A stretch of 64,000 nt of DNA from Hamiltosporidium tvaerminnensis FI-OER-3-3 (taxonomy: Eukaryota; Fungi; Microsporidia), in contig JAKIMF020000013.1 in assembly GCA_022605425.2 (NCBI GenBank), forward strand, positions 744,001 to 808,000, in the 5' to 3' direction. Below the pieces are notes generated by a model, which had not been told where the DNA came from, searched no databases, and saw only the letters and a program-made list of their open reading frames with translations. A program made the position numbers and the translations under genes. Each line of letters opens with the position of its first letter. Within the stretch, counting starts at the first letter, position 1. Shown piece by piece: positions 14,250 through 28,699 of the stretch.

Positions 14250-16010
14250 TACTATTAATTAAATCATTTGTTGTATCATCAGAGGAAATGGAAAAAATGG
14301 CTGACTATAAAGAGATTCGTAAAATCTGCCAAATAAAATGGAATAAGAGAAAGGATTTCCAAGCTTGAAATATGATAGTATACATTACATACAAAACTTA
14401 CTTATCGAACATAAAAATGCCTAAATAAATAAGCTATGTATTTTGAAAAGATTCTAATGCTAAAATCAAATGTAAATTAGAAAATAATGATATTTTTGAA
14501 CAAGAGAAACATCCATTCAAAAGCCAACACTGGCAAAGACAGCAAATGAGATAATAAAACAAGGAAACAATAAGACAAAAGGTGATGAAAAACCCGTAGC
14601 CGTGCTCTTATAATATCAAAGAGATTCCGCGAGAAACAGCATTTTTAACCTAATCAAAGGAATATGGGCTTAAGAAAAAAACTTATTTACCGAAATTTGG
14701 TCTGATACTCTTTTTGTATAAAAAAGAATTTAAAATATAATGCGTCAACTATAGAGAAATATCGCTTCTGAATATGATACAAAAACTTTTCAAAATAATT
14801 ACAAAAAGATTTGACCCCTTCGCAGAATGTCTCTTAAAGATTACCATTATGAAAAACTAAAAGTCGGATTAACAAACGATCAAGTTTTTGCCATAAGAAT
14901 GATGTTTGAAAAATCTTTTTTACATAATATATCGACAAATAATCTTTTTGTTGACTACGAGTAAGTAAATGATAGCCCAATCGGGAATTCTTCTATGAAA
15001 CACGCGACGATTGAAACGGATATGAAAAGTATTGGTTTAATAAAAATGACATTGATGCAAACAAAAAGAAAAGTATTGTTAACAAGTAATATATCTATTA
15101 TTTTGGCATTAGATTAGCCTTGACCAAAGGTAATATATAATATTTTCCATTTTAAAATCCAAATTCTTACGGAAAAGTCAGTAACTTAGCGAAAAATACT
15201 CTTATTACAATATTAGATGGAATCAAACATACGAGCATGCACATAATCCGGCTATCGTGGGGAATAAAGCAGAATGTATTAATTATATTAAGGAATTATG
15301 GCGAATCAGAGAAGAACTAGACTAAAGATAAATCAAATCTGATGTAATATAAGGCAATGTCTTTATTGGCCGGCCTCCTAAAATATGATTTAAAAATCGA
15401 GTTAAATATATATTCGGAAGAGTATCGAGGTTTAAAATTCAGTATCAATTCATACCATGATAAAACCATGCTCTTGTGATTAAAAAATAAAAGCAAAGAA
15501 AAAGACATACTTTGTGCTATAGCACTTAATGAACCCAGAAGGGATAAATCTAAACACGAAAAAGCAAATCTAACAGATAATTATTAGACATATGGTATTG
15601 TATGCATTCGAAACATTGGTTATAATATAGAGAGACGAAGATTTGCTATACAAATATGAAGAAGATATACCGAGGAAAACATTTATTCAAATGTTTGAAT
15701 ATTACGAGAGAGATAAGAGCAAATCTAGAAATAAATGAGCTTTATGTGGAATCAATTTGATCACCTCTGGGAAACAGAGAAAACTTAGATCGCCAGGACA
15801 CATAGAAAGACGATGACAGAAAAAGCTGTTAGTAAAAAACCTCGGACCTACACTCAAAGGTAAAAACAAGATAAACTACGAAAAATAGGGCGACATGTGG
15901 TGGAAAAAGACCATAATAAAACATATTGTATTTTAATGAAAAAACTTAGTGTAGAGCATAGAAGAATGGCGAAGGATTGTTAAAATGGTTCAAACTCTTC
16001 AAGAGCCATT
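14250..16010 (+). pseudogene. Decayed RTE-clade LINE (reverse transcriptase remnant)
   Basis: Read by hand: CVNYREISLLNMIQKLF (~14740), TNDQVFAIRMMFEK...NLFVDYE*VNDS (14872-14976), VLYAFET (~15595), LRSPGHIER (~15784), EEWRRIV (15961). These are in canonical RTE order with many stops and frameshifts. The 5' boundary is approximate. Confidence 0.8.
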
Positions 16011-17890
16011 TTAATACAAAGTTAGTTGGAATTGCATCATATGTTTTTCTTTTGTGATTTAAATAGTATCTGGCTTGCTATTTCTATTTTCCAAATCTTT
16101 ACATCCGCCCACACATTTAAAAAGAATTCCTTTCGATTTCACTTTTAAAGTTAGAGCACGTAAATGCTTCTATCGTGAATTTAAAAGGGTTGAATCGATA
16201 TGGTTAATGTATTAATGTAATTTTTTTGCAAAAATTCTTTCGAAAAAAATATTTAAAATATTAGAAAGCATGTTCTTAGGTTTTTTTGTGACTAAATGGT
16301 ACCGTCCCACTACTTACTATGAAGAATTTAAAAAAGGCACAGACTATCAATTGCCAAAATAATAATGCTACTTGTCCTAGCAGCTTATAAGTATTTTTTT
16401 TCCATAAATTTATTCAGCAAAATCTATTTGCCCTAAACGATATAAAAACATAGAATTTTTTAAACTTAACTGTTTCTTTCTTGATTTTCCACATATAAAA
16501 CTAAATCTAAAACATAAATTCTCCCCTATATACCAATATTATTGCATTTAAAATGTTTAAATGGCCAAAAATAATAACAACTTGGTAATAGCTTAAACCG
16601 AGGTCGTTTTTTTTCATTTGCTAAAATAATTTGGAATTTTTATAACTAACATTTTATTTTTTTAATTTGAGATTCCATTGTGATTCATTTACTTGTTTTT
16701 TTAACGATAAATGAATTTTTCCAGGAATTTTAGAAAGACGAGTTTATAAATTTACCTGCCTTTTAAATATGTTTGAATGTTTATACTATATTTTTTTTCA
16801 ATTAACTATACAACAAAAAAAACATCTTTTGATATTTTTCAAATTTTTAATATATTAGTTAGCTTTATAATATTAAAAACATCCGAAATTAATTTAATTA
16901 TTAAAAACAGCAAATTCAGCTTTTCTTTAATCTTAGGCTTATAAATTCGTATATATCGGGTTTTGTAAAATTTTTAGATCTGCGTATCAATTTCGTACCA
17001 AAAAAATTGTGTTATTGAACTTTTTTTTTTCAGATAGATAGATAAATATGCCTATTCTGAGATGCGCGCAGATTATATGAAATTACAAATTATGCTGTAG
17101 ACATTCTCGCCGTACTTTAAATATTTTTCCCCATCAACAGGAACCAAGTATTTTTACAAAGTTAAAGAAACAATATTATATTATTTCTGTTTATAGAATT
17201 CTTAGATCTGTTCAAATCATTTCCAGATAATGTTTTGGGTTTCAATCTTTGGTTTAAAACAAGAAACAATATTCCTGTTATTCGTGTTACTATTTCAAGT
17301 ATAGATTACAATCCATCAATTTTTTCATTGCAACGAATTTTATATATGTTTTAACCATGCCGTACCGTCTAGAATCCAAACTTTTGAGAACTAAAAATAT
17401 CTTAGTCGTGAGTAACTGTATTATTTTCGAAGTGGCACATTTGAATCTGCTCGGGTTTTAAATATGAGCATTTTTTTGTTTGTACTATCAGATTTATGCG
17501 TTTCTCATTATATTTTGCATTCGTATCAATTAATATCATCCCCATAGCATTTTAAATCTTTTTTTTTCTGCTTTTATCTTTTGTTGTATAGATATTTTTA
17601 ATTTTTTTTTAATATTAAAAGCACCTAAGTTTAATACTTAACAAATTGCTATACTATCAGAATAAAAAAAATCAATTTGAAACGTCTAATTTTATCATTT
17701 AAAATTAATTTTACCTTTTTTAATTTTATTCTTAACAGAAACTAATATCTAATGTATAAAATTTTAAAAGTATCATCTTTGGTGGAAATAAATTTATTCG
17801 TGTTTTCAATAAAGCCTGCTTTAAACATATTGATGGTTTAATTAGATGAATTACTTAATATAATTATATCAGAAATATATATCACCAAAT

Positions 17891-18660
17891 TTATTTAATA
17901 AAATTCTGGGTTAAAATAAGGTTACGATATCTCTGTATTTTCTTCAATTTCTTTTATCACTACCGTTTCTTCTTCCCAAATCCGACTCTTCATTTATGTT
18001 ATTGGTCGGTTCCTCTAAAGTGGTTCCTCCTTGTGAAATAATGGGTGCTTTATTTTTCGGTTTAAAATTTTTTGCACCATCTTCCTTTCTACTCGCTTGT
18101 TTTAAATGAGGTGTTGGTTACTCATGCTTCAGATCTCTTAACAACACCCATTGAAGCTCTCTCATAGCTTTCTTCGGCATTTAGTCTTGACTCAAGTCCT
18201 CTTCGTCGGTCAAAGGAAATTATTTCGACTGTCTTCTTAAGTACTATAACTGAATATATGCCTCTACATTCATGGGTATTTCTAGTCTTTTAAGATGAGA
18301 TTTATGGTATTTTGTCACAATACCGTCTCAGGTCATCACATAAGGGATTATCTCAACACTACACTTATAAATAAGACCCAACTCATTGGCCAGCAGGTCA
18401 TACTTCCTAAGTTTTTCAGTTTCAACTATTTGAAGTGAATATTGGGAAGTGATTCCTAATTCAATGAGTATTATCTTATTCTTCTTCTTATCTAAAATAT
18501 ATATTTCTCGGGCGTTAACTCCGAATTTTAACATCAGTTTTTATTCTGGTGTCCACTCTTAGCTCTGCATACTCATTATCAAGAATTTCTTGAACTGATT
18601 GATTCCTAATTCGTTTTGAGGACTTAAAATTATAACTATTTAGGAAAAATAAGGGTAGGC
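17891..18660 (-). mobile_element. 5'-truncated, degenerate copy of the RLE non-LTR retrotransposon
   Basis: Matches the 3' ~770 bp of 30387-34192 (IELGITSQ...EKLRKYDLLANELG), ends CCCAGAATTTTATTAAATAA; flanks share AAATATATATCA (17873-17884 and 18664-18675), a degenerate TSD. Confidence 0.92.
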
Positions 18661-20685
18661 AAAAAATATATATCATACTAAGAAATAAAAAAAAATTAAA
18701 ATTTAACAATTTTAATTAGATCCTCAAACCGAGAATTACAAGAGGGCCGGAATATTTAAGTAGGTAGGAGGTAGTAAATTAAATTATAGATAAAAAAATA
18801 AAAGAAAGTTTTATCTAATGCATTCGTTTTGATATATTAAGTGTTTGACCCCCTGAGCTCTATATTTATAGTTAAAAAAGGTAGAAATATTGTATTTGTT
18901 AAAATTATTCTACTAATTGGTTTAAGTAACGAAATATCAGATCTAAAGAGCCTTTATTTTTATATTTTAGAAAAATTTTAGATTCTAGAAGCGAGATACA
19001 AAGTTTAAAATGCTAATATTTTGAAATTTTCGTTGTGGATTATAGTTTTATATGTTAAAAGGTTATTAGCATTAATTTACTAGAAAATATATCGTTGATA
19101 TAAATCCCAACGACGATTCACTGTAAAAAATAAACAGCTTTTATATAAAAATATGAGTCATTTTGTCTAAAATTTATAAGAACGAGCCTTAGTAAATGAG
19201 ATTTATGTAAAATATATTTAGTGTAATATACGACTTAATTTAAATGATCTTAGCTTGAAATGTTTTAACATAACATTTATTTATGTTCAACCCAGCTTTA
19301 TTTTTATATTTCGGATATTAGAAAAACCGAAGGTGGTATGTGAAGTATCCCAGTTTTTCGTAAAATATTAATTAGTATTTTCAAATTGCCGTTATAATGA
19401 TTAAGCAGTAATATGAAGAGTGTAATTAAGCATACAGTAAAAAAAAGTTAAAGAAATTCTAATAAGATCTAAATCTGCTTGAAATATTCGATAAGATTTT
19501 AAAACTTTATTTCATTTTATTTGGTAAAACTTTTGTTGATGTAAATTTTAAATATTATGCTGAATTCCATAATGAACTGAGAATGTAAAATATTTATTTA
19601 TTAATTAAACATTAATCACAATAAAAATACCTTATAAGACACTAAAATCTAAAGCAAGAAACAAAACATTACTTTTATAATGCTAAGAAGAAAAGGCTAG
19701 GATTATGTCTAAAAACATTTCAATTAGAAAATGTGTCTAAAAAGTAAGTTTGTAACTAAATTGCGAAGAATCCGACTGCTATCTAAATAAAATTAAAATT
19801 AAAATTAAATATTCCACTTTTGTATTTACAACACATAAAATATATCCATTTATTAGTGTTTTATTCGGACACATAGCTTCATACATTTCTTGTTTTTTCC
19901 TGTGGACAAAATCTCAATTATAAGTTTTGATGTTTTTTTTGTTTGATTTACGCTATAAAGTAATATTTTCATATTATAAAGAAGATATAGGAAACTGCTC
20001 GAAACTATCTTTTCTATTTATAAAAGAAATTTTTATTAAATTAAATCAAATATAAGAACTTAATATTTGCTACTCCTATATTAATGTAATTTGCCATCTA
20101 GTTTTTTATATATTTAGCAAAAAGGAGATTGAAGAAAGAGATACGAAAAAATATTTATATTTTAAAAAAAATAATCTATATATTTAAACCAGTTTTTAAT
20201 ATAGTTGATCAAATTTTTAATACTTACAAAATTGTAAATTAAATTTATCGTTTTTCTTTTTTTTTTTTAAAAAAAAATTCTCTTTATAGAAAAAAAATCA
20301 AAAATAGTAAATTATATTTGATTTTTTTTACAAGATTTTTTTTGTAAAATATGACTGCTACATTTAAATTTCGTTAGATTTTGTAATTGGATTTATTTTT
20401 ATTCCATTTGCTTCTTATTAAAACTTAGTTATGTATTTTTTAATATAAAAACCATGATTTTTTTTATTATAATTTATCTATTGTAAAATACATATGATAT
20501 TCTGAAATAATTAAAATATAAAATTTAACAAAAGTCTTGTATAATTTGATTTGCTGTATATTATGATTCTTGCTAAACAAATTCAAAGAGAATACTCGAA
20601 TTCATCATAAATTTCTAATTTACCAGCTTCAAAATCCAATTAAAAAATTTTTAATTTAATTTTTAAAAATGTTGGCCTGTTAAAA

Positions 20686-22644
20686 ATGAAATCGCTATTT
20701 AAATACATTTTTTATGTTTTTGTTTATATCTTTGCAGTTGCATCGAATGAAACCAATTCGACTCTAAACTATATAACTGATGATAAAAGAGACCACCCGT
20801 GTAAAGCTATTGCATCTCATAAGACGCAATCTTTAGAATTTAATGATTTTAATTCCATTTCAGAAAGTGGTTCAGTTATGATGTTGAATCATGATTTGAT
20901 TGATGATTTGAGTACATCGAGCCAAACATCCTTTTATCAATTAGCCAGATTCCGAATTTCCAGATATATTTTTGGATTTTTCTAATTTAGATGGATTTGA
21001 AGATTTTCAAGTGTTTTCGCTTCAAGATAAAAGCAACTCAGGCGAACATACCTATAGCCAATGCTTCTTTATATACAACGGATTGTGTTAGATCGACCTT
21101 CTCATGCTCACCAGCAGAGCACTTCACAGAAATTCACACAAAAAAAGCTTTCTTCAGATAATAGAGTAATTAAAAAAAACATACCTCGGCCCGGTGGATC
21201 AAAAGACAGAAAAAAATCACAAAAAGGGCAACGACAAATAGAAAAATCTATTGGTTCACAGTCAAATTTTGCCACAAGACATAAGCATAAGCCGGTATAT
21301 GCTCACAAAAAAACTCCTTCTAATACATCTATGCAAAAAGTATCACAAAAACATGTTAAGATAAATCAGCATACTTCTATCGAAAATTCACACATAGACC
21401 CAGTGAGACTCGAATCCGTCAGGCAAGGAAATTTTAATAAGGAACTAAAATTTGCAGAACTTTTTAAATCTCGTGTAATCAGATGGATTGAATTTGAGCA
21501 TGAGAAAATTGGATGTGTAAATTACAATTTTTTTTTAAGTAAAATTCCAGACTTATATTCCGAAATTGATTGTGGATTTGGAATGGGTATTATTTTTAAT
21601 ACGATTTTTGAAAAAAGTAAGAATGATTTAATGCACGGAAATTATACTAAAATAATTTCCGAAAAAATCGAACAATATAATTCAACTGCTATTGAAAATG
21701 AAGAAACACTCAATGAGATATTATTTTTTGCTAATAATCTTATAAAATTTGAAGAAAAATGCTTACAAGGTTTATCATCTAAAGAAATATTATCTGAGCA
21801 AAAAATAACCGAAATAATGAAAACCATTAAAGACCATAAAAATCTGGGAGTATTTTATGAACTTCTAAAATTTGTTAATTATTATTACGAAAACTTAGAT
21901 AATTACGTTGAAAAGAACTATGCTTTACATATATATTTTCTTTTGTCTATTATTTCAAGACAGTTAAAATTTTTTGATGGATTCAAAACCTTGCAATATA
22001 AAAATTGTTTATTTCCTAAGCGAAAGTGTGTGAAGAATCCTTCATTAGTTGATTATGCGAATAAGTTTTTTGTGCAAAAATTATTTTCTAGGGTATTAAT
22101 TGGGATGAAAGACGGTGTGCCGAGAGCAAGTTTCTATATTGTTTATTTAAGCCTTGATTTACCTTCTTATGCACACCATAACAACTATTTTTCAAATCAT
22201 AGAAGTTTTTTTAAATTTTATTTAAGAGTCCTTATATCAAGCGTTCTACACGAAGAATTTAAACCGCAAAATACGACTTTAAATGAGCTTATATCTCTTG
22301 CTTTTGATTTATTTATTGTGAAACCAGAATGTAAAACCAAATTTATAAATATTTTACGGGGATTAACAAATGTTAAGAGTATAGGATCATCTTTAATAAA
22401 AAGGAATATGAAGCTAATAAAAGAATATTGTCAAAAAACAATACGAGGGGTATCTATACAAGAAATAACCCCGTGGTTGGAAAATGAAGAATATAGTGTG
22501 TCTTTCAATGATATTTTTGTGTCCGAAATGAATCTAAGTTGGTACCTTATGAAAAATTACGCAAATAATAATTTTGAAGCAGATAACGAGGCTGACAGGT
22601 GGAAATCTATTGATCGAACTTTTCCTAGATTTTATTGCAGATAA
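20686..22644 (+). pseudogene. Secreted-protein family member 2, frameshifted near 20945-21090 (ORFs 20686-20985 and 21061-22644)
   Basis: CCT motif at ~20676 before ATG; signal peptide MKSLFKYIFYVFVYIFAVA; basic/Gln-rich linker; C-terminal domain clearly homologous to 35075-36790 (e.g. HKNLGVFYELLKF vs HKNLGIFYELIKF; QLKFFDGF vs QLRYFDGF). Confidence 0.75.
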
Positions 22645-23199
22645 GATATAGGAGCACATTATTCTTTTAATAAAGCCGGGTATAATCTTTATATGTTCTA
22701 ACTAATAACCTTATATTTTATTTTTAATATCTAAAATAAAAACATGTTCTATTAGTAGATTATATTTTTAAAAATAAAGCTGAATTGGTCTGTAGCTGAA
22801 ACATTTAAACCAAATGAAGAAGAACTCAAAATTATTCTTATTCTTAACCCGAAGCTTCAATAAAATTATTTAATAGACACGGAAATAAACTTATTAGATA
22901 CATATGGCTTATTTAATATCCCCAATATAGAAAAATTTCGCATCAGATTAATAAAGAAATCCTTATACCGTTTGTTTGTTTAGTCTTTTCACACGGATTA
23001 AAAATTTAATTTCAGTACATTTTCTTAACATTCTGCATACATATTTTGGTACTACATCAGCCAAAAGTCAATAACCTTTATTTTTCTTTTTGAACAATTA
23101 AATTTATAAAATTGCTATTTTTTCATTTTCAGCTCTTTTATATTATTTGCATCCACAGAGCATTAATACACAACGTCAAATTTATTTGAAGAACATAAC

Positions 23200-26100
23200 A
23201 AGTTTTTCTAATTTAAAAAATCGTAAAACTTTTATTGAATTACCACTCATATCGATCTCAGCTATTTATTTCAGCGCAAAATTGGTTGCTGTTTCACAGA
23301 GACCAAACTTGAAAATAGCAATCTAAAGTCACATATATTCGTAAAAACTAATTCACACGAAAAATCCAAGATTAATTAGTATTTATTTTTGGTACAAATT
23401 TAACATTTTATTTTAAAATACCGATAAGCCCATCATAAAAGACCCCTATGAATCAATCTTAGGCTGAAAGAAAACAAGGATTATAAATCAAACATATTGG
23501 CACATCATCATTTAATTATACTCTGACCTAAACATGATTTTGTGAAATTTCGGTTGTGATTAGATTTTTCGTTGAAATCCCTTAAATACATTAATGGTTC
23601 AATTCAAATACAAATTGCTTTCTAACGTGTTCGGTTGAATTGGTATTTAATTAGATCAGAAATTACGTCTTAAATCATATTCAATTTGGAAATTACTTTG
23701 TAAAGTTCAAATAACAGAAATCGTTTGAAAACAATGCATATGCTTCAAATTCTTCGTGTTAAAATCACAATGAACAGACGAAGTGTCATGAATAGATCTT
23801 TATTTTTATGGCGTGTTTTGAATAAGGCTGTTTATTCATAATGCGAGTTTTTTTTTCAGACTTGCAATTTAAATATTAGAATATCGATTGTAATTAGATT
23901 TTTAAACTTAGCTTCACGCTTTCTTTTGATATTCACAGATTTTTTTTACCATTGTAAAGCTCTTCGAGAGTAGAAATAGGTTGAATAAATTTTTTTTTAT
24001 TCATGTATTTAAAAGTTTATTTTGCCTTGACTTAAAATTTTAATTAGAATAGAATTAATAGGGTATAAACTTCAGTTTTGTCAAAATATTGCATTAAAAC
24101 ATTTTTGTGCCAAAAATCTTAACTTTTTGTATGCATCGATATATTCTGTTTATTTTTTAATTATAATAATACTTCTATTTTCCATGATATTTTTGATAAT
24201 GTCTCTAAAAATAGAATATAGTAATAGAAACAAATTTATTCGAATGGCGAGTTAAATGTCTTCTCTTTCGAATACGCTACCCCTTTGCATTCCATATTAT
24301 GATCCTTAGCTCTAATTCCTCATCTGAAAATATATCCTCTGATATTAACCTGAAGTTTGCTCACAAATTTTTCGATTCTTTACTTTGATATTTGATTGCT
24401 AATATTTACCTTCTTAATAGCATGAATATAAATGAGAGTATTAGCCGTTTGTGATTTCTGCGTCTAACTTACATTCTCATACCATTTATTTTATTTAAAT
24501 TAACTTTAACTCTTGTTTTAAGCTTTCAAGTCGATAGACAAGAAAGCTTCCAAAAATTTTTTGGCTACATTTTTTGCATTGTGTCTTTGCAATTGCATAA
24601 ACCCCTATCAAGATACATTTTATGTTATTTAGTCATAGTATTATCCGCTTATCCCACAAAAGATAATTTCAAAGGCAAACTGAAAATAAAGAACGAGACT
24701 ATTGATCAATAAGCCACAGTTTTTTTGAAATTTCAGTTCCATAAATACAAAGCAAGTTTTCTATCGTTATACACGCTTTAATCCCTTAGAATTAGCTTTA
24801 GTAATTCTAAATAAAATGAAGTATTCGGCCTATGATTTCAAAACATAGCATTGTATTTTTTATTGGTCATTTTGACTCCTAAATACGTATTTCCAAGGCT
24901 ATATCTAAACGAGTCGGTCTTCAAGCGTCTAGAAGAATTTATTTTTTAACTTGTTTTAGAAGTAGACAATATAGATTTTGTACCATCTTAAGTTTCGTAG
25001 AGTGTGGTAATATTATAGCATTTTTTTAGTTTATCTCAAAGAGCATCAAAATTAATATTTCAATGCGGTAAAACGATATTTTTCTACAAGGCACTATCTA
25101 TATCGAAGATCTAGCAGAATACCGCCTCGATCGTTTTTTTACTTTTCTTATATTTGGATTCTTCAGCGACACTGCCTTATGCAGCACAAGATTATTTTAT
25201 ATTTATAATTTTTGTGTTGGTTTTGCTGTTAATGTAAGTTCGCTTTTGAGTTGTTTTGATTTTTTCGTGTTTTTAGCATCGGAACCCTTCTTAGATTTCT
25301 ATTCGTGCCTTTTTTTCACTGAAATAGATGTCATTATATTTTTCTGATTTCAAGATTGCTACATTGCAAATATATTTTTTTTTCCTTCAGACATTTAAAG
25401 TTTCAAGAGCATATTATTACCTTGAAAAGTACCACCATGACAGCCTCTTCTAAGTTCGAATCTAGAAATATAAAAGTACGAATTCCATCTTTGTATCAAG
25501 TGTGGCGTGTTTTTTTACTGACACAGACGTCTCGCAGCATGATATTCAGAGAAACCAGCCGGCTCAGGTCGTTTTATTCTCACTTGTAGCCGATAACTGA
25601 TATCCGATTTATTTGAATTGCATTAATAAAATATCTTATATTTAACCTGTAAACAGTGTCTGTTTATTGGCAATATTCGCCTTATTTCTATTTTCACGAA
25701 CATACCACTCATTGGATTTCCATTGATTCTAATTCTCCAAATATTAAGGACATCTAATTATTATGAAGAGGTCTATGTATGCAAAACATGTATCATTCGT
25801 AATGATATTTTTCTGTTGAACTCTAATTCTACTTTGAAAAGAAATAATGTACTTTGATTTCATTAAGATAATAGCACTTCTGGTTGCCAAGATGAGAAGG
25901 ATATAAGAAAAACAATATTCGTCATATGAGAGCCAATATTTACACCCATTGACAGTCCCATAATATTCTCAGTTTAAATTGAATCTCAGCCCGTTCCTAC
26001 ATGAAAAGAAAAGCAAATTTAAAAAAAAAAAACGATATACGAACAGGCTTAGATTAAATCCTCTGATTTTGAACTTTTTACATTCATAATTATATACTCT

Positions 26101-27920
26101 TTCAATTCTATTCGTAGTCTTAATATATTTATGCCAAATCAACAAAATTCGGGGTTAAGAGGTAATTAACATAAAATAAGACACAGATAAAATCATATGT
26201 TTTTTTTCATCAATTCATGTCGTCGTCAGAGATTTTTCAATATTTTTTTTGCGGGAACATAAATAAAGCGGAATTTTTAGCCTGTACTCACCTCTGCGGC
26301 TTTTAATACATTTTAAGCCCACGTATCTTGTGTTTTTACAGTGAATCTAACCATTTTTATTGCAATTATTTTCACTTGATTTAAACTTTTATTTATATGA
26401 ATTTGCTTGGATTCGGAGCCTAGCGTGGAAAAATTTTTGTGATTTAATACGTAAGCTCGCATTATAAATCATCACATCAAAACAAGTCTTCATTTATTCA
26501 ACATTACAATTTCAAAATTTAAATTGAACATATCTATAAGATTATTGATCAAAAATATATGATACAATCAACGCCTGCAGTTTTTTTGTTAGCACGCGAA
26601 TCAATATCCTTATTCAAATTTAAAGTGAAAAAAGACTGACATGTGAAGTATAAATTAACGAGGCATAAGATAACCCATAAATATGACTTTCGATTATCCA
26701 GGCTTCGTTATAATACATCTGAACTTATAATTTTTTTTTAAATTCGCTATATTCTTAAATTCAACTTATTGTATAGCCCGAGATAATATTGACCTCAAAA
26801 GCCTAAAAAAATATGATTCTCATTCACCAAATACCAATTTATGTCTTGCATAGTAAGTGTTTCATAGAACATTTGAAAGATCATATTTAACTCAAGACTC
26901 GGAAAGATATCTTCGGTTCAAATTTAAATCTAACTCTCCTGTTGTTTTTCTTTACACTTAGTGACTTCCCAGGTAAGTTTCTCTATTTTTAAGAATTTAA
27001 AAGGGATTCGAATACGAAATGACTTAAAAATGTTACTAGATAGGCTTGTTTTTTCATTAGCCAAAGACTTTTTGTATATGTTGATTCATAAAATCGTAAT
27101 TGCATGGCTTTGATGATACCTGTGGGTTAGAATCACCCAAGTAGATGTTACTGCATGTCTGCAAAAAAAAATTGAAATAACTGATTTTTGAATTTTGAAT
27201 ACCACAGACGGATTTTTTTCGGAGACTTGGCTTTAGAATTTCCTATTCGAGATTTTTTTTGCTTTCGTTAGATTTTGTTTTACTCGGTTTTGTACTGAGC
27301 GGTTGGAATCCTCAAAGCTACTTACTAAGCTAATGTGGTTTTAAATCGCTTGGAATTATTTTTTAGGTTCTTTATTTTTTCAAATTCGAGTTTTGGCTAA
27401 ATCAGTAGATCTATTAGCCCTTAGATACAACTACATTTTCATTCTGGTACCGCTTAAGTCCAGATAAGCTCTTTAAAGGTACCAATCCATACCTGGTACG
27501 TATTAAAAAACAAGATGGACCATTCTTACTAATTTGCGGTTACTGAGTTGAGTATCAGCGCAATACATTGATCGCTATTTTCAGTAATGGTTAGAATAAA
27601 AGGGTTTTTCAAATCATTCAACGGAACTACGTAGATACTTAAATCCATAAGACGTTGATTTATGCGAGTTGGAAAGCAAAATTCTAAATTTCCGAAATCG
27701 CGTTTTTAGATTTGTTATGCAATTTTGCTTTTGAATGAGGGGGAATGAGATCTGCCGCTAAGTGATGAACAAGCTTTTGCCTTTTGATCTTATTGTTACT
27801 CTTCCAAGTGCTTTTTTGCCGAATATTTTTGTTTTCGCCCTAACTTTCCCACCTGTATTAGACTAATAAAGCAAAACATAATTCAAATGTAGAATATAAA
27901 ATGTATTTCAAAAAACATGT
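23200..27920 (-). pseudogene. Possible long, heavily decayed secreted-protein gene
   Basis: Minus strand at ~27919 reads MFFEIHFIFYI*IMFCFISLIQ (signal-peptide-like with a stop). Segment near 24690 (SLVLYFQFAFEIIF) weakly resembles the family motif ELYSEIYFGFQTIF. Boundaries uncertain. Confidence 0.25.
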
Positions 27921-28699
27921 ACTCACTAATCAAATAAAAATGATTGCATTTAAAGTATCAAGAAATATGATTAGCCGTTTCACATTTAAAATAAATAAAT
28001 CCCAACACTATTTGATAGCTTTAAATTCACATATACATCGAAAATCAAATATTTAGGATTTAATTATATCGAAGAATTTATACTTTACCATTTTCAATCA
28101 AAATATTTCTGTTTTGAATTTTCTTTAAACGAATTTACACATTGTATAACTTACTCATAAATACGCAATAAATATTTCTAAAAGAGTTTAGATAGAAAAG
28201 ACATCTCTTCTATTTATAAATCTCAAACGAATAGAACAAATACTTAAGTAAAACGGAAAGAAACAGTTAGAATTGAACTAAAAACCATATAAATGATATT
28301 AAATTTTATGCATTTATTGTATACTTCTTTATATTAGTAGCACAAATATTTATTATCATTACGTTTGATTTTTTTATAATTTGAATGTTATAATTGTACA
28401 GCAATTCACATCTAAAATTTCGAGATTGGATATCTAAATGCAAAAAAAAACAATAGAAAGCAAAATATAACAAATATACCTAATAATACCAATATAAATG
28501 TCAAATTAGGTCAAGTTCATCTTAAATATTTTTTAACGGTAGATTTTTTTTTATAATTGCCCTGTAAAAATTAGGATTTGATTTCTAAAAAAATACAAAA
28601 AAAAACAGAGCCCCATTTCATAAGTAAATAGAAAAAAAATTTACATAAAATAATTTTTTTAACCGAAACATCTTTATATGAGTGCTTCAATTTTTTTTT

